From NCBI GenBank assembly GCA_000934665.2, contig JYFJ02007255.1, positions 1 to 35,773 on the forward strand: a stretch of 35,773 nucleotides of DNA, in the 5' to 3' direction. The DNA is from Catajapyx aquilonaris (Eukaryota). Below the pieces are notes generated by a model. That model was not told where the DNA came from and ran no database searches. It saw only the letters and a list, made by a program, of their open reading frames with translations. Position numbers and translations under genes: made by a program. Shown here in pieces: positions 24,101 to 35,773 of this stretch (positions are counted from its first letter, which is position 1; every line of letters starts with the position of its first letter).

Positions 24101-27100
24101 TTATCCGCTCCACTTAAATTGCTTTAATTAGCCAAACTGTAATCCCACATCCTGTTGACTCTAATTAATGCCATATTTGAGTTGAACTGACTTGTGCAAT
24201 CTGCACGTAAACCATGTGCATTACAACATTTCACAAATTCTAACAGTTTTCTAAAATCGTAGTTACACACTTCACAGGTATTTGGATATATCAAGATGAA
24301 ATGTGCCCCATTGGTTTTTTTCTTAGATCCGAAATAATCACTTCAGCAAGCTGCAATGAATAGTTAGACAAATTAGTGCCAATTGAAGTGCCTCCACATT
24401 TTAGTCTTAAAATTTGATGCCAGCAGGTACAAATAGCAAATCTGCTGCGAGACTCTAACAAGACACATTCATTACGAGTCTGCCCAAATGCTTCTTAAGC
24501 CATTAGCTCTTTCCGGTGAGGCGCATGTCGGTATAGAATCAGATGCAGGCAGTGTGAAAGCCTGCGCACAATGCAAGATGCACAGAACAATGGTTGTGCT
24601 TGCAGCTGCTAATTAATATTCAGACAGATGTAGCCGCACAACATTAGGTTTTGTTACATGTTGCTTGGGGGTCACTGCTGCACGGATGATGGTTTTCAGC
24701 TACCTTGAGCCTCCCACGCTGGATTTACCTGAGTGTTTTACCAAGAACTGACTGCACCATTTGTCATTTTCAGGCCCAACTTGCAGACCGATCTGTCTCA
24801 CTTTCCCTTTGTGAAAGATGGCAGAGATGGAATGGAAGTTCTGAAGTACGGTATTAAAAACTTCCATTCAGTTACTGTACGATTCTTTCTTCAGCATTAA
24901 GTGGCTGGCAATTACATATTAGGCATGAAGTAATTAAAAGTGAAAAAAGTACTTTTACAAGCTGCGTCATAATATGCTAATATGCTCTGTCAGTACTTTC
25001 ATGGCTTTGTCTAATAGCCTTTTTTATTACGCAGAATCACCACCTGACATACCTGAAAAGTGACGTGGCAGAACAAGCATACACAAAGTCATCACTGCTG
25101 TCATCTCGTGTGACATTGGAAAACCAGAGTGAGCCCTCAGGGTCTACTGTCATCCTCGATGAATTTATGCTTCTCAAGGCACCATTGGCACTCTGTGGAA
25201 GGGAAAATGAATTACATTACATTGCCCTTGCAAAAATTACATTTTGCATATCGCATACATAAATCCCAAAGCATATCTGTAAGTGGAACTTGGGTTCTAG
25301 GAAATCTGTAGTGTGGGTATGACACATTAAATTATTCTCTTGTACTATTTCTCCCCAGCACATTGCAGCTTATTAAAAAGCATTAATGAACATGTTCAAC
25401 GCACTGCTTGCGTAGGGTCGGCCAATGTCATCTGTGGCCTTTCACGGCGGAATATTCCAAAACCAATAACTGTGGCACTGCAGCAAAATGAATGCAGATC
25501 CTGGGCACATCCATTTCCATTAAAGCAAGAGCCACACATATCCCCAAACTTCCCCCTCCATCATTTGCATCAGTACAGGTTGTGGCCTACATTTGGTGCA
25601 AAATGTTGCTTTAACGAAGGCTGACTGCCAGCTAGAATCGGTAAATTTATAATAATTTAAAGCTACAGGCTGTGAGTAAATTGTCAGCGTCCATCACTGG
25701 CAATATTATTACAGTGATGACCAGATGCACTTCCATATTTTATCTCCGATGCAAGACACCTGCAGCACAGAACAGTAGCCACAAAATTCCTGCTGGGATT
25801 TTGGTGGTACCCAAACCTCCAAAACAACATGACAACAGTGATTAATTAATTATAACAGAGGCTGGATGAATAAGCATTGTTCGATGCATGCATCATAAGC
25901 ACCCGCTAAGTGCAGTGAACCCCAGAGTAATGAGGAATTACATGGCCGTGCCACAGTGTAGCTGCTTTTAACAATTGTGGTGAAAATGTGTATAATGCAT
26001 GGCACCGGGATTTCAACGTGTAAAGCAGTAGAATGCAGTTGCTATGATGAAAGCCAATATGAAGTCAACAGCTCTGCATTATTGATGCTCTATTATTTCC
26101 GAACTTGCCACTTTTGACGTCATATCTCACTGAACTCATCTCTTGCTCTTTCCCCTCTTGCGTATCTGTCCCCTCTCCCCATCCCCATTTACACAATAGC
26201 CCCGTCTAAGTCTGTACCATAAAAGTTTGTCAAAACTCCATCTCTTCTCTGCACGATGAGGTGTTAGATTACCATCAGTACTGAAAGAAGCTATTCGGCA
26301 AGTTATATTTTCAGCCTGCCTTATGTTGTGCCCCATAGATGCATGTTACATTAATTTCCTATGTTGTTTCCTATAATAATGTACAGAAACACCATGCTCA
26401 ACAGTCATTTGATAGCAGGTAGGCCTACCTGTATCATCCAGTACACACTGGGCTTTGGCCAGCCATCAGGTGGCTCACAGGCCAGCTGGTATGGCTGCCC
26501 CTCCTGGGCCTTCAGCCGCTTGGGCTCTTCCTCCTTAAATGAGTTGAGCTCCGACTTTCTGACGAACACAGAGTTGGAGGTGGCTATGCCCCACTCGTTG
26601 CGTGCGTAGCACTGGTACTGGCCCGTGTCCTCATCACGTGGTGTCGTGACGACCAGTGTGCCCCTTCCAGGCTGCTGCGAGATTCGGTCATCATACGCCT
26701 GCCAGTTAAACGGCTTCCCATTCTTTATCCAGTTGTACCTATGACAAGAAGAAGGCATCAGTCAGGCATCTTTTATAATCACATGTGACATAAAATTATC
26801 GCCAAATTTTTGTGAAATGAATCATATGTCCTTATGACATATTGACCGAGACTTACTTTGGCGTTGGCTCTCCCTCAGCTTCACATTCTATCACTAGCGG
26901 TTTGTCGTTTTCATCCTGTCTCTGGACGACTTGAAACAAGAGTTCATCTGTTGGTGGTTGCTTCGTTATGCGTGGTGGAGATTGTACTGTAAAGATGGGA
27001 AATTGCAACGTTATCCCAACAATCAAGCAGCTCATAATTGGGTGTGTACGCTACCCTCAGATAACTGTTAATTAGCCCAGCTTTTGATTACACAGTGATA

Positions 27101-30100
27101 CATCAGTGGGTGCGGTTAGGGGTCTAATGATTTTGTATGGTCATTGGATTAATTTGAAGCACCGATGGAAGTTTGGCGGTACCAAAATCCTCTCCATCCT
27201 TTCGCACTCAATAAAGCTTGCCTCCCAAAATTTGATTACAACGAACAGGACTCAGAAAAGTTGCTAAAGCGCTCCAAAATCGACTCCTGCTTTCCATTGA
27301 GTTTAATAACCTTACGTCTCTTCTCCAATAATGAAAACGAGGACTCTTCGCTTGCTAATTTCCCAATGCAGCCGAGTCGATGCTCATCCTCCCATCCTGG
27401 CCCACCCCCCCCTAAAAAAAAGTCCAGTTTCATTACTTGAGTGCCCCTGGATATAATGAAGAGCCAACCAAGCAAAATTTTGCTGAGTCTCCTCTCTTTT
27501 AGTCGCCATCCAATTAGTAAGCCCCCCCATCCTCTGCCAGTAGGAATCCAAGCGGTGACTAACAGGCTTTAATATTCCCTCCGTGCCAAATATAATCGAC
27601 TGGTGCAGCTTATATTCAAAAGTGGATGGTGACATGCCAGATCATTTGACAAAATGCCTCCTTCCCCTTTTGCCATTTGTGACAAGCAATAAGATGCGTT
27701 TGTGAGTGATATGATTGGGAAGGGTCGGAGGTTCGCTATCCATCATCGCCACTAATTTATTTTTCGCCATGTATCCCCGAGTGGGGTCAAGTGGTTGGGG
27801 TTAAGCATCAGAAATTGTTTGCTTGATGCACTGTACGTTTATCTACAATGTACCAGCACACGCCCAACTTGATTTCGGTCAGGATGATATGAACTTTATT
27901 TCTTTTTAAAACAGGTGCCTCCCACAGGATTGTTTGCTAATTGGAATTCGCACTTAATTAGCGAACCTGGAACGCGTAATTTGATATCAAACGAGCGGCA
28001 CGAGCTGTCTTTAAAAGGGGCGAGAGCTTCAGCTCTTTTTTTCTAGTTAACAAAGTTTGACGGAATCTGCCTTGTAGCCAGTTTTTTTTTAAACTTCAAA
28101 CTAAACAGTGCATATCACACAATAGGTGCTAATTCAAAAAGCGACTACACCCTCCTCGAATTACCCCCCAAAAATTAATTACGCTCATCCCATAACATGG
28201 GCAATTTAGGCGGAATCGATGGTCACATCCACTTACATTTTCTGGAGAAACTTCTCCCAAAAATTTCCCATCTTGGAAGTTTCCCGTATCCACGGGCAGC
28301 CCAAAAAGAGGCGGGTCCTTCCCCCCAAAAATACGCTGATTTCACCTCCTTTTCCTATCTCCTAACGACTTCTGGCAATGTTCCTCGATTTCGTTATCGC
28401 GCTGGCAACCCCCACGTCGCTGAATTAGTAACGCTTTCTCAAAAGATCATAAGAGACGGGCAATTTTTGCACTAACAAAAAAAAAAAAGTTTGCGAAGTG
28501 AGGCGCAAATCGCGTCACTGAAGCACCTAGGTAACTGAAAAGTGTCCCCAAAAAAATGATCAGCACAATCCCCCTACCAATCTTGAACACCTACTTCATC
28601 CATAATCCCGTATATCCAGGATCTTGACGCCAAAAAAAGGAACTCAATTACCTGTGTGAAGCAATATTTAACTTCGCCATCCAGTAATATAGAACCCTGA
28701 CCGAGCTTGAATAAATTCTACCTCACGCTGCCAGATTGGAAAAACCGTTAACCAAACACACGATAAGGTGCCCGTCTCCACAATGGAGTGGCTGCCGATG
28801 CATAACTCTCCACCATACAAATTTTTGGCTCCACACAAAACAAGATTGCCAATAATGGACCTCCCCGTTTCGTTAAAACAGGTCGGGTATACCCAATCTG
28901 CGAATCGATGCCATCAAATTCGCGACTGGTTTCTTCCCACCCAATTTCACCCGAGCCAATTGATCGGGTATGCCAGGCGCATCTCTCTATAATCAGGCGC
29001 GTCCCAACCGCATTCTCCCTTCCCACACGCGTCCAAACCGCCTCGTCCCTTCCCACACGCGTCCAAACCGCCTCGTCCCTTCCCACACGCGTTCAAACCG
29101 CCTCGTCCCTTCCCACACGCGTCAGAACCGCCTTCTCCCCTCAAACGAACGCCGGAAGCGCTCCCTTTGAACCAAAATCAGTTCCTCCCCCAGTGCCAGA
29201 CCATTGCTTCCAGTCGAATGCGTCTCTTTTCTGCGTGCGTTTCCTTTCCATGATAGTATCTCATTTCCTCCATGGCAACTTCCCCGGATCCCAATTAGCG
29301 CCCATTAGCCGCGTATTTCGTGAGATAAACACCAAAACGCGCGCGGCGGGGGAAGGGATCCCACTGAATCAGCCTAATGTCGCTTTTACCCTCCCTTGTT
29401 TATGTAGCAAGATCATGTAATCTTCCATTGCGTATATAGGCGCCAAATAAGCACTTTCCGTACTTGCACCGCAGGGGGGGAGAGAAACTTTTTCTTCTGG
29501 ACCGGGGTCCTTTCTTTTCAAAGAGTCGTTTCTGGTCTCCCCCTTCTCTCTCTCCTCTAATGCATTTCCTTCCAACATCGGAACTTAATTAGAGCTGGAT
29601 CGATCCGGGGTCTATTGTGATCTCCCACCCACGCATACATTTGAGTCCTTACGTGCGTATTCAGGGAGCTGAGACAAGCCTATTAAGGACTTAGTTCCGC
29701 TGATTCAATTTTCCGGCGGCCTGAACTTTTCCTCTCGTTTCGTACTCGGCTGCAAGGCAAAGTGACAATGCACAAGTTGGGAGCCGCGACATGACACAGC
29801 GTATATAGCTCTTTAAAATTTGAACGGACGTAATTCTATTAATTCATATAGTGCAAGCAGGAAGTGCAGCAGCATATGTGCATACAATCCGAGTCAATGG
29901 ACTGATTGCAATATTATTACACAACCGAAAAGGATAATAATTCGAGTGGGCTCCATGCCAACTGGCGGTCATCAATCTCATCCTTCAATGTGTCCAGAGA
30001 CCTGTGGACCTACTTTGGCGGTACAGTACGGGTATTATTAGATCCCCTTTTGTGCACTATTAAAATATCCCCCGGTATAAATTAAACCTTGTTGAAACAA

Positions 30101-31075
30101 CCGCTACAAAAAAAAAAAGTATGCCCCACTTTGGAGTATTCATGGCTCTCAGACGAAAGTGGTATGAATTGCTATTTGCTTTTGGAGCTCGGAAAAGCAA
30201 ACTTCTCAGCATAAGTACATGCAAATATATACAAATTAATTCTAATCCGGAAAACTTTTGCAAAACTTCAAAAGTACCAGGCCGGAATATTGGACAACTC
30301 GGCGCTTGTTATAACTCCCTGTCATTCTATACATTTTAAGCGATGCATCGCCCGCACACATGCATATAATGCACATGCACAGGCAGCGATTGAAAATTAA
30401 CAATTTCCACCCCAGAGTGGCCGTTGCAGTCACACATAATTACCACTAAAAACCTTATTAATTTGGTCCATAAAAGGGCTCGGGCACTTTTTTTATTTAA
30501 TAAATATGTTTTGGCGCCGCCCCTTAACATAGTTTTAATCACCCCCCATCAATACAAAATGGCAAAGGCAATTCCATTTGCAAAACCATAATGCTGCCAC
30601 TCTCCATGCTCATCAAGCACAGCACACCCTAGGTACCCAAAATGTACTGCAATGTGCCCGATCATTACACCGGCCCCGAGGGACACTTTTGGCCCCACCA
30701 AATTGCCGGAAACGAGTTACTTCAGTGCCATCATGCCAGGACAACACCCAGTGAATAATAGATTTATCAATCGCACCAAAGGCGATGAATCAGCTCAAGT
30801 GTCACAGCGAAATTGTACAAAACACTTGCTCGTCGGCATACAAGCAGCCAACAGCACTTCTGGAGACTGGCAGCACCCAACAGGATTGACTCATTCAGGT
30901 CAAGTGAACAAGGGTGCCAATGACTGGGCGGGCGGAAAGTTGTATGAATACATCAACAGGTACTGTCGTGTACAAAAAATATAATATATTAGGAGTACTT
31001 ACTAATTGCGAAAGCGATTGTTGCGCCTGCTAAAAGTAGCGCAGGTGTCCATATGCAGTTCATGGCGTTCTTCAT
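18063..31075 (-). CDS. Nrg: Neuroglian (L1-family cell adhesion molecule), whole spliced CDS: join(31075-31003, 26986-26857, 26738-26429, 25192-25053, 23962-23546, 23440-22895, 22781-22199, 22085-21423, 21026-20546, 19245-19035, 18761-18658, then 18394-18303 OR 18160-18063)
   Basis: All introns are GT-AG with matching phases. Exon lengths sum to 3750 or 3756 nt including stop (1249 or 1251 aa). Architecture is SP-6Ig-5FnIII-TM. The cytoplasmic motifs [19 protein letters not shown] and EDGSFIGQY are diagnostic of L1/neuroglian. Confidence 0.97.
18303..18394 (-). CDS. Nrg: Neuroglian proximal alternative terminal exon (EGMNEDGSFIGQYGKQKRPAETSSAFATLV*), resembles the short non-neural isoform
   Basis: ttaaag| acceptor gives the correct phase 1 join; FIGQY motif; TGA at 18305-18303. 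Confidence 0.9.
18658..18761 (-). CDS. Nrg: Neuroglian last common cytoplasmic exon ([34 protein letters not shown])
   Basis: ttgttgcag| acceptor, G|gtcagt donor, 104 nt, phase 2 to 1; conserved [10 protein letters not shown]. Not in the ORF track. Confidence 0.95.
19035..19245 (-). CDS. Nrg: Neuroglian exon, transmembrane helix and juxtamembrane region
   Basis: tttacag| acceptor, |gtgagt donor, 211 nt, phase 1 to 2; [40 protein letters not shown]...FHEYSQP. Confidence 0.97.
20546..21026 (-). CDS. Nrg: Neuroglian exon, FnIII-4 and FnIII-5
   Basis: cccag| acceptor, G|gtaagg donor, 481 nt, phase 0 to 1; LEPATKYRIHIKART and LEPGEMYIFRVVAVDG. Confidence 0.96.
21423..22085 (-). CDS. Nrg: Neuroglian exon, FnIII-2, FnIII-3, start of FnIII-4
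   Basis: taatag| acceptor, CAG|gttagt donor, 663 nt, phase 0 to 0; PMPEIEHNAPG and WKKPQEPNGILTGY. Confidence 0.96.
22199..22781 (-). CDS. Nrg: Neuroglian exon, Ig6, FnIII-1, start of FnIII-2
   Basis: ttctag| acceptor, |gtgagt donor, 583 nt, phase 2 to 0; DTGDYTC and SPWTNYTFRVIARNKIG. Confidence 0.96.
22895..23440 (-). CDS. Nrg: Neuroglian exon, Ig4, Ig5, start of Ig6
   Basis: ctccag| acceptor, AG|gtactg donor, 546 nt, phase 2 to 2; DTGNYGCNATN and DAGEYTCHATN. Confidence 0.96.
23546..23962 (-). CDS. Nrg: Neuroglian exon, end of Ig2, Ig3, start of Ig4
   Basis: cccag| acceptor, AG|gtgcat donor, 417 nt, phase 2 to 2; LWCIYGGTPLP...DEGNYVCEASNGVG. Confidence 0.96.
25053..25192 (-). CDS. Nrg: Neuroglian exon, Ig2 (SANGALRSINSSRMTVDPEGSLWFSNVTRDDSSDDFVYACSATSLFR)
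   Basis: ttccacag| acceptor, AG|gtatgt donor, 140 nt, phase 0 to 2; L1-type Ig2 motif GxLWFSNV...YAC. Not in the ORF track. Confidence 0.95.
26429..26738 (-). CDS. Nrg: Neuroglian exon, Ig1 C-half and start of Ig2 (YNWIKNGK...DTGQYQCYARNEWG...VYWMIQ)
   Basis: catag| acceptor, CAG|gtaggc donor, 310 nt, phase 2 to 0; DxGxYxC Ig motif. Confidence 0.96.
26857..26986 (-). CDS. Nrg: Neuroglian exon, N-terminal half of Ig1 (QSPPRITKQPPTDELLFQV...IECEAEGEPTPK)
   Basis: tttacag| acceptor, |gtaagt donor, 130 nt, phase 1 to 2; typical arthropod Nrg N-terminus. Confidence 0.95.
28998..29142. repeat. 30-bp GC-rich minisatellite, about 4.8 copies (consensus CGCGTCCAAACCGCCTCGTCCCTTCCCACA)
   Basis: Units start at 28998, 29028, 29058, 29088 and 29118. 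Inner copies are identical or differ by one base; outer copies are diverged. Confidence 0.95.
31003..31075 (-). CDS. Nrg: Neuroglian first coding exon, signal peptide MKNAMNCIWTPALLLAGATIAFAI (exon itself 31003-31094)
   Basis: Acceptor ttcttttcag|G at 31094, ATG at 31075 with A at -3, hydrophobic core. Consensus donor A|gtaagt is phase 1 and joins TA-CAA-TCT-CCA of the next exon to give ...AFAIIQSPPR. Not in the ORF track. Confidence 0.88.
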
Positions 31076-33033
31076 AGTTGACGGCTGCTAATACCTGAAA
31101 AGAACAAGTGACGTCAAACATCTTTCTTATTTTTTGGGGTCAAGTCTAAGTGCTATAGGGGGCGGGCTATCGTTGCGATGTATCGATCGTGAAGCTCTCT
31201 CAGAAAGTACCCGTATCTGTCGGGGGCGTCGCAACTACACAAAATTTACAAGTCTGGAGGTCACCAGCGGTCTCCAGTCCACCAGGCAAGCTTTGATTTT
31301 TTTTTGCGAGGTCACCTTTCCTGCACAAGCAGATGAATGAGAGCGCGCGCGCGTGAGAAGGTTTCTCATCAACAAATCACAAAACCCGTCAGTCCTCACC
31401 ACACATGAAAACAATGCAGGATATACAGCTGGGTGTGGCCTTTGATCTACCCGCAGGGAAAAAGTCCGACGCCCTCGCCACACATCCCTCACATTTATTA
31501 CAAATGATTTCGTACGTATGTTGGCGACGCTGCAGTTTCTGCATTCTTTTAGCAGTGTGTCCTTGCAGCCTCATTTTCTCGTACAACTTCCTTTAAAGCA
31601 TTGTGGTTGAAACTCCATTCTAGTCTGGAGGCCAGTTATTTCCATCTCGACTGAACAAAAGTCGCCAGCAATCTTGTTGTAATCAGTCAATATATGCCAT
31701 AAGAAAACTGATGGGACAGTTCAGTACGGGAGCTACTATACGTAAAAGTGTCAACGAATACCAGACATGTGCCTTATAATCTGAAATGGTGCCTTTTTCC
31801 CTAAAGGGGGCCAAGGTTCATTGTCGTATCGTACGTCTTTTGTACGGTACACGCGAACTATACTCCCAGGCCCATTTGGGTCACCATATCCTAGGCTGGG
31901 GCACGCTAGGAGCAGATGTCCAGCTTAAATATATCCGACCATTCTTGTCCTTCGGATGCAACATAGCAATCAGCATCGGGACAGATTTATTCTGTTAAAT
32001 GGCCATCTGCAGGTGATTGATGTTGCATCTGGATGCAACAGCTACTTAAGAACAAGCGTGGGAACAAAAATAAATAAATAAAGCGTTTCTGCACTTTTCA
32101 TTCCATTTTTCCAGCCGCGTTCCGGCAGATCCCACGGTCGAGCTGCGACATGAAAATTCAATATGACACTTCCCCGCGAAGTTGTCGGCGACAACACAAA
32201 AATGGGGAGAGGCAGAGAGGAAAGGGAAGAGAGACCACTCGATGGGTTTTCCAACAACCCTTGGAAAGTGGGGAGGGGAAGGGTATAAAAGCACACGCCT
32301 TCCGGGTATACCTCCACTCAAAACTAATTATCCAGCACTGAAACAAACCCCTGGAATGAACTTCCAAGGAGAATCCACCACCCTAAACATGCTAAGTATG
32401 TTACAGTTTCATGGACGCGGCACGTTATTTGATGATGTTGTTGGGATCCTCCGTTGGAAGCTGCGAGAGAAAGGCTTTAATTCTCGTGCAGCACGATCCG
32501 ATTTTTTCGTGCACAAGCCGGGAAAATGGCTCGTTATTTTTCTATTTTTTTCCGCATGTTTTCTACGGCATAGTTACGCTTATAGCACGTACCATGCGGG
32601 CGTCAACAATGCTCGAGCGACCTAATAATATAGCATGCACAGGAGGTAAATATCGGCAGGGTTTATTCACCCACACTTTGTGACAATCGCACTTTTCATT
32701 TTAAATGGAGGCAAATTAATGAGTGGTATACATAATAATTATTGATCACAAAACTCAATATTATTTTAGTATAATAACGACAGAAATTAAATCAACGGCC
32801 TGTTCAATATAATTATACAGATTTTGAAATCTGCACGCTCCAATTATCTGCTAATTTCTTTATTTAAAAAAATGACTTATTTCCTCCAGAAATACTGCAG
32901 GGTCAAAATGAACAAGTTTGTCCCCCATATCACCACATCAAACGAGCCGTTTTCGTCCACCATTTCATATCTAGGAGTATGTATATAGGGCAAGCTTGCT
33001 ATCGCTAGCCTTTCGCTAAAGGCTGCCAAGAAA

Positions 33034-33106
33034 GTTTCCGTGGTGTAGTGGTTATCACATCCGCCTAACACGCGGAAGGCCCCCGGTTCGATCCCGGGCG
33101 GAAACA
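33034..33106 (+). tRNA. tRNA-Val, anticodon AAC (33067-33069)
   Basis: 73-nt cloverleaf with acceptor GTTTCCG/CGGAAAC, anticodon arm TCCGC-CTAACAC-GCGGA, T arm CCCGG-TTCGATC-CCGGG and A box TGGTGTAGTGG. Confidence 0.98.
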
Positions 33107-33108
33107 GC

Positions 33109-33117
33109 TTTTTTTTT
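33109..33117 (+). terminator. RNA polymerase III oligo(T) terminator of the tRNA gene
   Basis: Run of 9 T starting 3 nt after the discriminator base. Confidence 0.9.
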
Positions 33118-35773
33118 GCCATTTTCATACATTTTAAAAATTCATTACATATTGGCAAAACCATGCCATGAATTCTACAAACGCTTTGAACATTTATTGT
33201 CATTAGCAGATTAATGCGACAACAATATGCAGCATATGACAAGAGTGCATGCCATACTTATAGATCCAGCAGTTAAACAAGTGACAATTAAAGTGGCACA
33301 GAAAGAGGAATACATTTCACACACGAAAAAATATATGTTTAAGGCCCTTACGAGGGTTTTATGGGCGTGTCTAACGCGGTGTGAGGGGGGCACGACCAAA
33401 CACGACGGAGTGAAAATTGAGATTTATTTTAATGCCTGCCCCCATAACAACTGCGTGCGTTTTCAGTTGGAAAAAAAAAAAAATCCCTGGGAGGAAAGAA
33501 AGGAGGCGACTCATGGAACAAACGCATGCTGTTTTCAGCTTGCCCGGACCTTTTAAAAAAAAATCGGGCCTACGATGAAATTATAATGGAAGCTGTCACG
33601 TCGCCTTAACAGATTGCAATATTCCAGCACGGAAACTAAACAAGACATCACCTTACAGGCTGGGAACTTGCCGAGTACACACGTTGCATTCTTTTAATAT
33701 ATCAATCCATGTCCTGTGTGACACCTTGTGTTTTCCAAGTTTCCGGACACAGCCTGCCGGATGCAGCTGGAGCAAATAAATAATACAAAAAAAAAGGCGG
33801 ACTCACACCTTCCTGCACACCCTGTCTTATCTCAATGGCCGGAAATGTTGGCGGAAATGTCGATTGGATCCGTCTGCTGTAGCACGTGCCGAGCTGGACC
33901 ACTCCTCTGCAACAGACTGACTGAGTAGACTGACCCCCTCCGCTTAAAACAAACCAGCAGATATTTATCGAGGCAGGAAAACGGTGGGTTTTCGGGAATA
34001 GCACCCTAGGCCAGGGATTTTATCTCAGGCGGACACGACTCATCGACCACAACCCCTTTTTCCTAAATCTGGCTTAGCTTGAAACCGTGACTCTGAATCA
34101 CATGTCATTACTGCTTGACTATTACAAAACGTGAGCCATACTGGAATCTGGGCCCATCCCTGCCAACCAAATTGACACCGGTTGTAAACTGGGCGAAAAA
34201 CCATCGGCTTTTTCCCCCACAAAATGGGTTGGAGGGCACATGCCAAAACACGGCCATTTGTTCTCACCCACGGAGTCATCATGTGTCACTTGGCCTTCCG
34301 TCGTGTCAGCGTACGTGACACGCCCGGGACTCGCTTTTAATGTGCACATCACTCAACTTGTGTTTGGTTTTTCAATGCGCTTAAGAAGAAAAACAGTGCA
34401 ATGATAATTGTGACGCCCCAACTGACACGTACACACTATCAGTCATATTCAGTTAAAAATTGCGCCGTGACAATTTTGGGAGGTTTGACCGGAGACCCGA
34501 TGACAGGTACGATTACAAGCAGCGCTTAATTTGCGATCTAAAAAAACCCCTGCAAACGTGTGTCATCGTATTTCACTTGGCCCGGGGACGAAAATAAATC
34601 GTGGGTATGCGTGGGATAATATCAGGATGTGTGTGATAACTCTCTTTGGGTGCATTGCGTGGGGAAGGTACAAATTAATTGCCTCCTCTACTCTACCTTA
34701 TGCTAATATTCCATTAATCTTTCAGGGCCAACATGTAGTGGAAGCTACTGTAATATTGTAGTGCAAACTAACCAGGGATGGGGGGAAGGTCTCAAGAGAG
34801 GTGGAACAAACGAATAGTGAAATCGCCGAAAAATAATGAACCAGTCCCGCAGGTCATCGCACTGGGAAAATATTGTACCTAGGGGTCGCGATCAATACGA
34901 TCTGGAAACACTGGCATAAACCACGCAATGCTGGTTCGTTTACAACAACAATAATTGATCATGCTGTGACGATTCAATATAAAAAAGTGCAGTTATCTCC
35001 TATACCCTTCAGTGCATTTTCTCGATACGTGGTATGTAACACTTTCACCTAGAACTGCAGAGGTATTGCGTCACTACTCACTTGTCATTGCTGTCACACA
35101 CCACCCGGCTCGAGGCGGCAGCAAAAAAAGTGCACAAAAGGGGGGTCTGACAACACGATCTATAAGTCTCGGTGAGATCACCGCCGCCTGCTGTATAGTC
35201 GTCAAGGTGACGCTACGCCAGGTAACAACCAACACTGAACTCTTTTTTTTTCCCCCAACCGGCTTTTGATGACCCAGAAAATCGGTCTTGGCCCCGAACC
35301 GCCATTTTTTGAAGCTTTCGTCGTCACACGCGCCTCAGAATTTTCACTTCACTTTTTTTTTTCTTCTTCTTCTGAGCACAAGATTTCATCTCTAGCCAAA
35401 CACCAATTCAATCCCGAGGGAAGTGGGGGGGTTGGGATAAGGGAAAAAAAAAAACATTTTCCTCCCNGGAAAAAAAAAAAAACATTTTCCTCCCTTCTTG
35501 TTCAGAGTCTTGAAACCTTACCCAGAACACTCACGAAATGAACCGCGATATTTCCGGTGGACTCAATATTCTGAAAGGGAGAGGAAAAAACCAGTTTCAG
35601 ATGTGATGTGTGAGAGCCTAATAATCTAAACCATGTGGACATTCCAGCTTCTGATCTAAAACAGGAACCGTTTGGAATAGTCAGAATGGCTATAGGATAA
35701 AGCCATTCCATTGCGAATATAACAGGAAGTTGGATGTTTTTTTTTTTTTTTACTTGATACTGTTCCTATCACA

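Noticed and set aside
27436..27509. Alternative first coding exon MATKREETQQNFAWLALHYIQGHS with a phase 1 donor
   Set aside because: Weak donor (A|gtaatg) and no signal-peptide character; the 31003-31075 exon fits far better.
28646..28680. ATG plus CAG|gtaatt donor (MAKLNIASH)
   Set aside because: Phase 2, incompatible with the phase 1 acceptor at 26986; the phase 1 frame has a stop four codons upstream.
28998..29142. CRISPR-like array or repeat protein (ORF 28908-29420, SSLPTRVQTA repeats)
   Set aside because: Units are contiguous with no unique spacers, the context is a eukaryotic intron, and the ORFs are open only because the stop-free 30-bp unit is a multiple of 3.
35442..35494. Direct duplication GGAAAA...CATTTTCCTCCC on both sides of an N
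   Set aside because: Typical scaffolding artefact of overlapping contig ends joined by a single N at 35467. The Ns at 2081 and 12593 also mark possible gaps.

Overview
Eukaryotic, almost certainly arthropod, genomic DNA. The right half holds the complete coding sequence of a minus-strand neuroglian (L1-type CAM) gene, which I rebuilt by hand. It has 11 constitutive GT-AG coding exons (31075 down to 18658) with compatible phases, encoding signal peptide + 6 Ig + 5 FnIII + TM + cytoplasmic domain. Two paralogous alternative terminal exons follow (18303-18394 and 18063-18160), each with an ankyrin-binding FIGQY motif and a C-terminal T-x-V. Predicted proteins are 1249 and 1251 aa. A U-rich putative 3' UTR follows to about 15.7-15.9 kb. 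A plus-strand tRNA-Val(AAC) lies at 33034-33106. Positions 1-15000 have no recognisable coding sequence. They do hold several fold-back or palindromic elements, a tandemly duplicated MITE-like element, a (CT)n microsatellite and a GC-rich cluster of regulatory motifs near 13.2-13.8 kb. I found no convincing evidence of a wholly new system. The duplicated FIGQY/PDZ tails are the best-supported point of interest.
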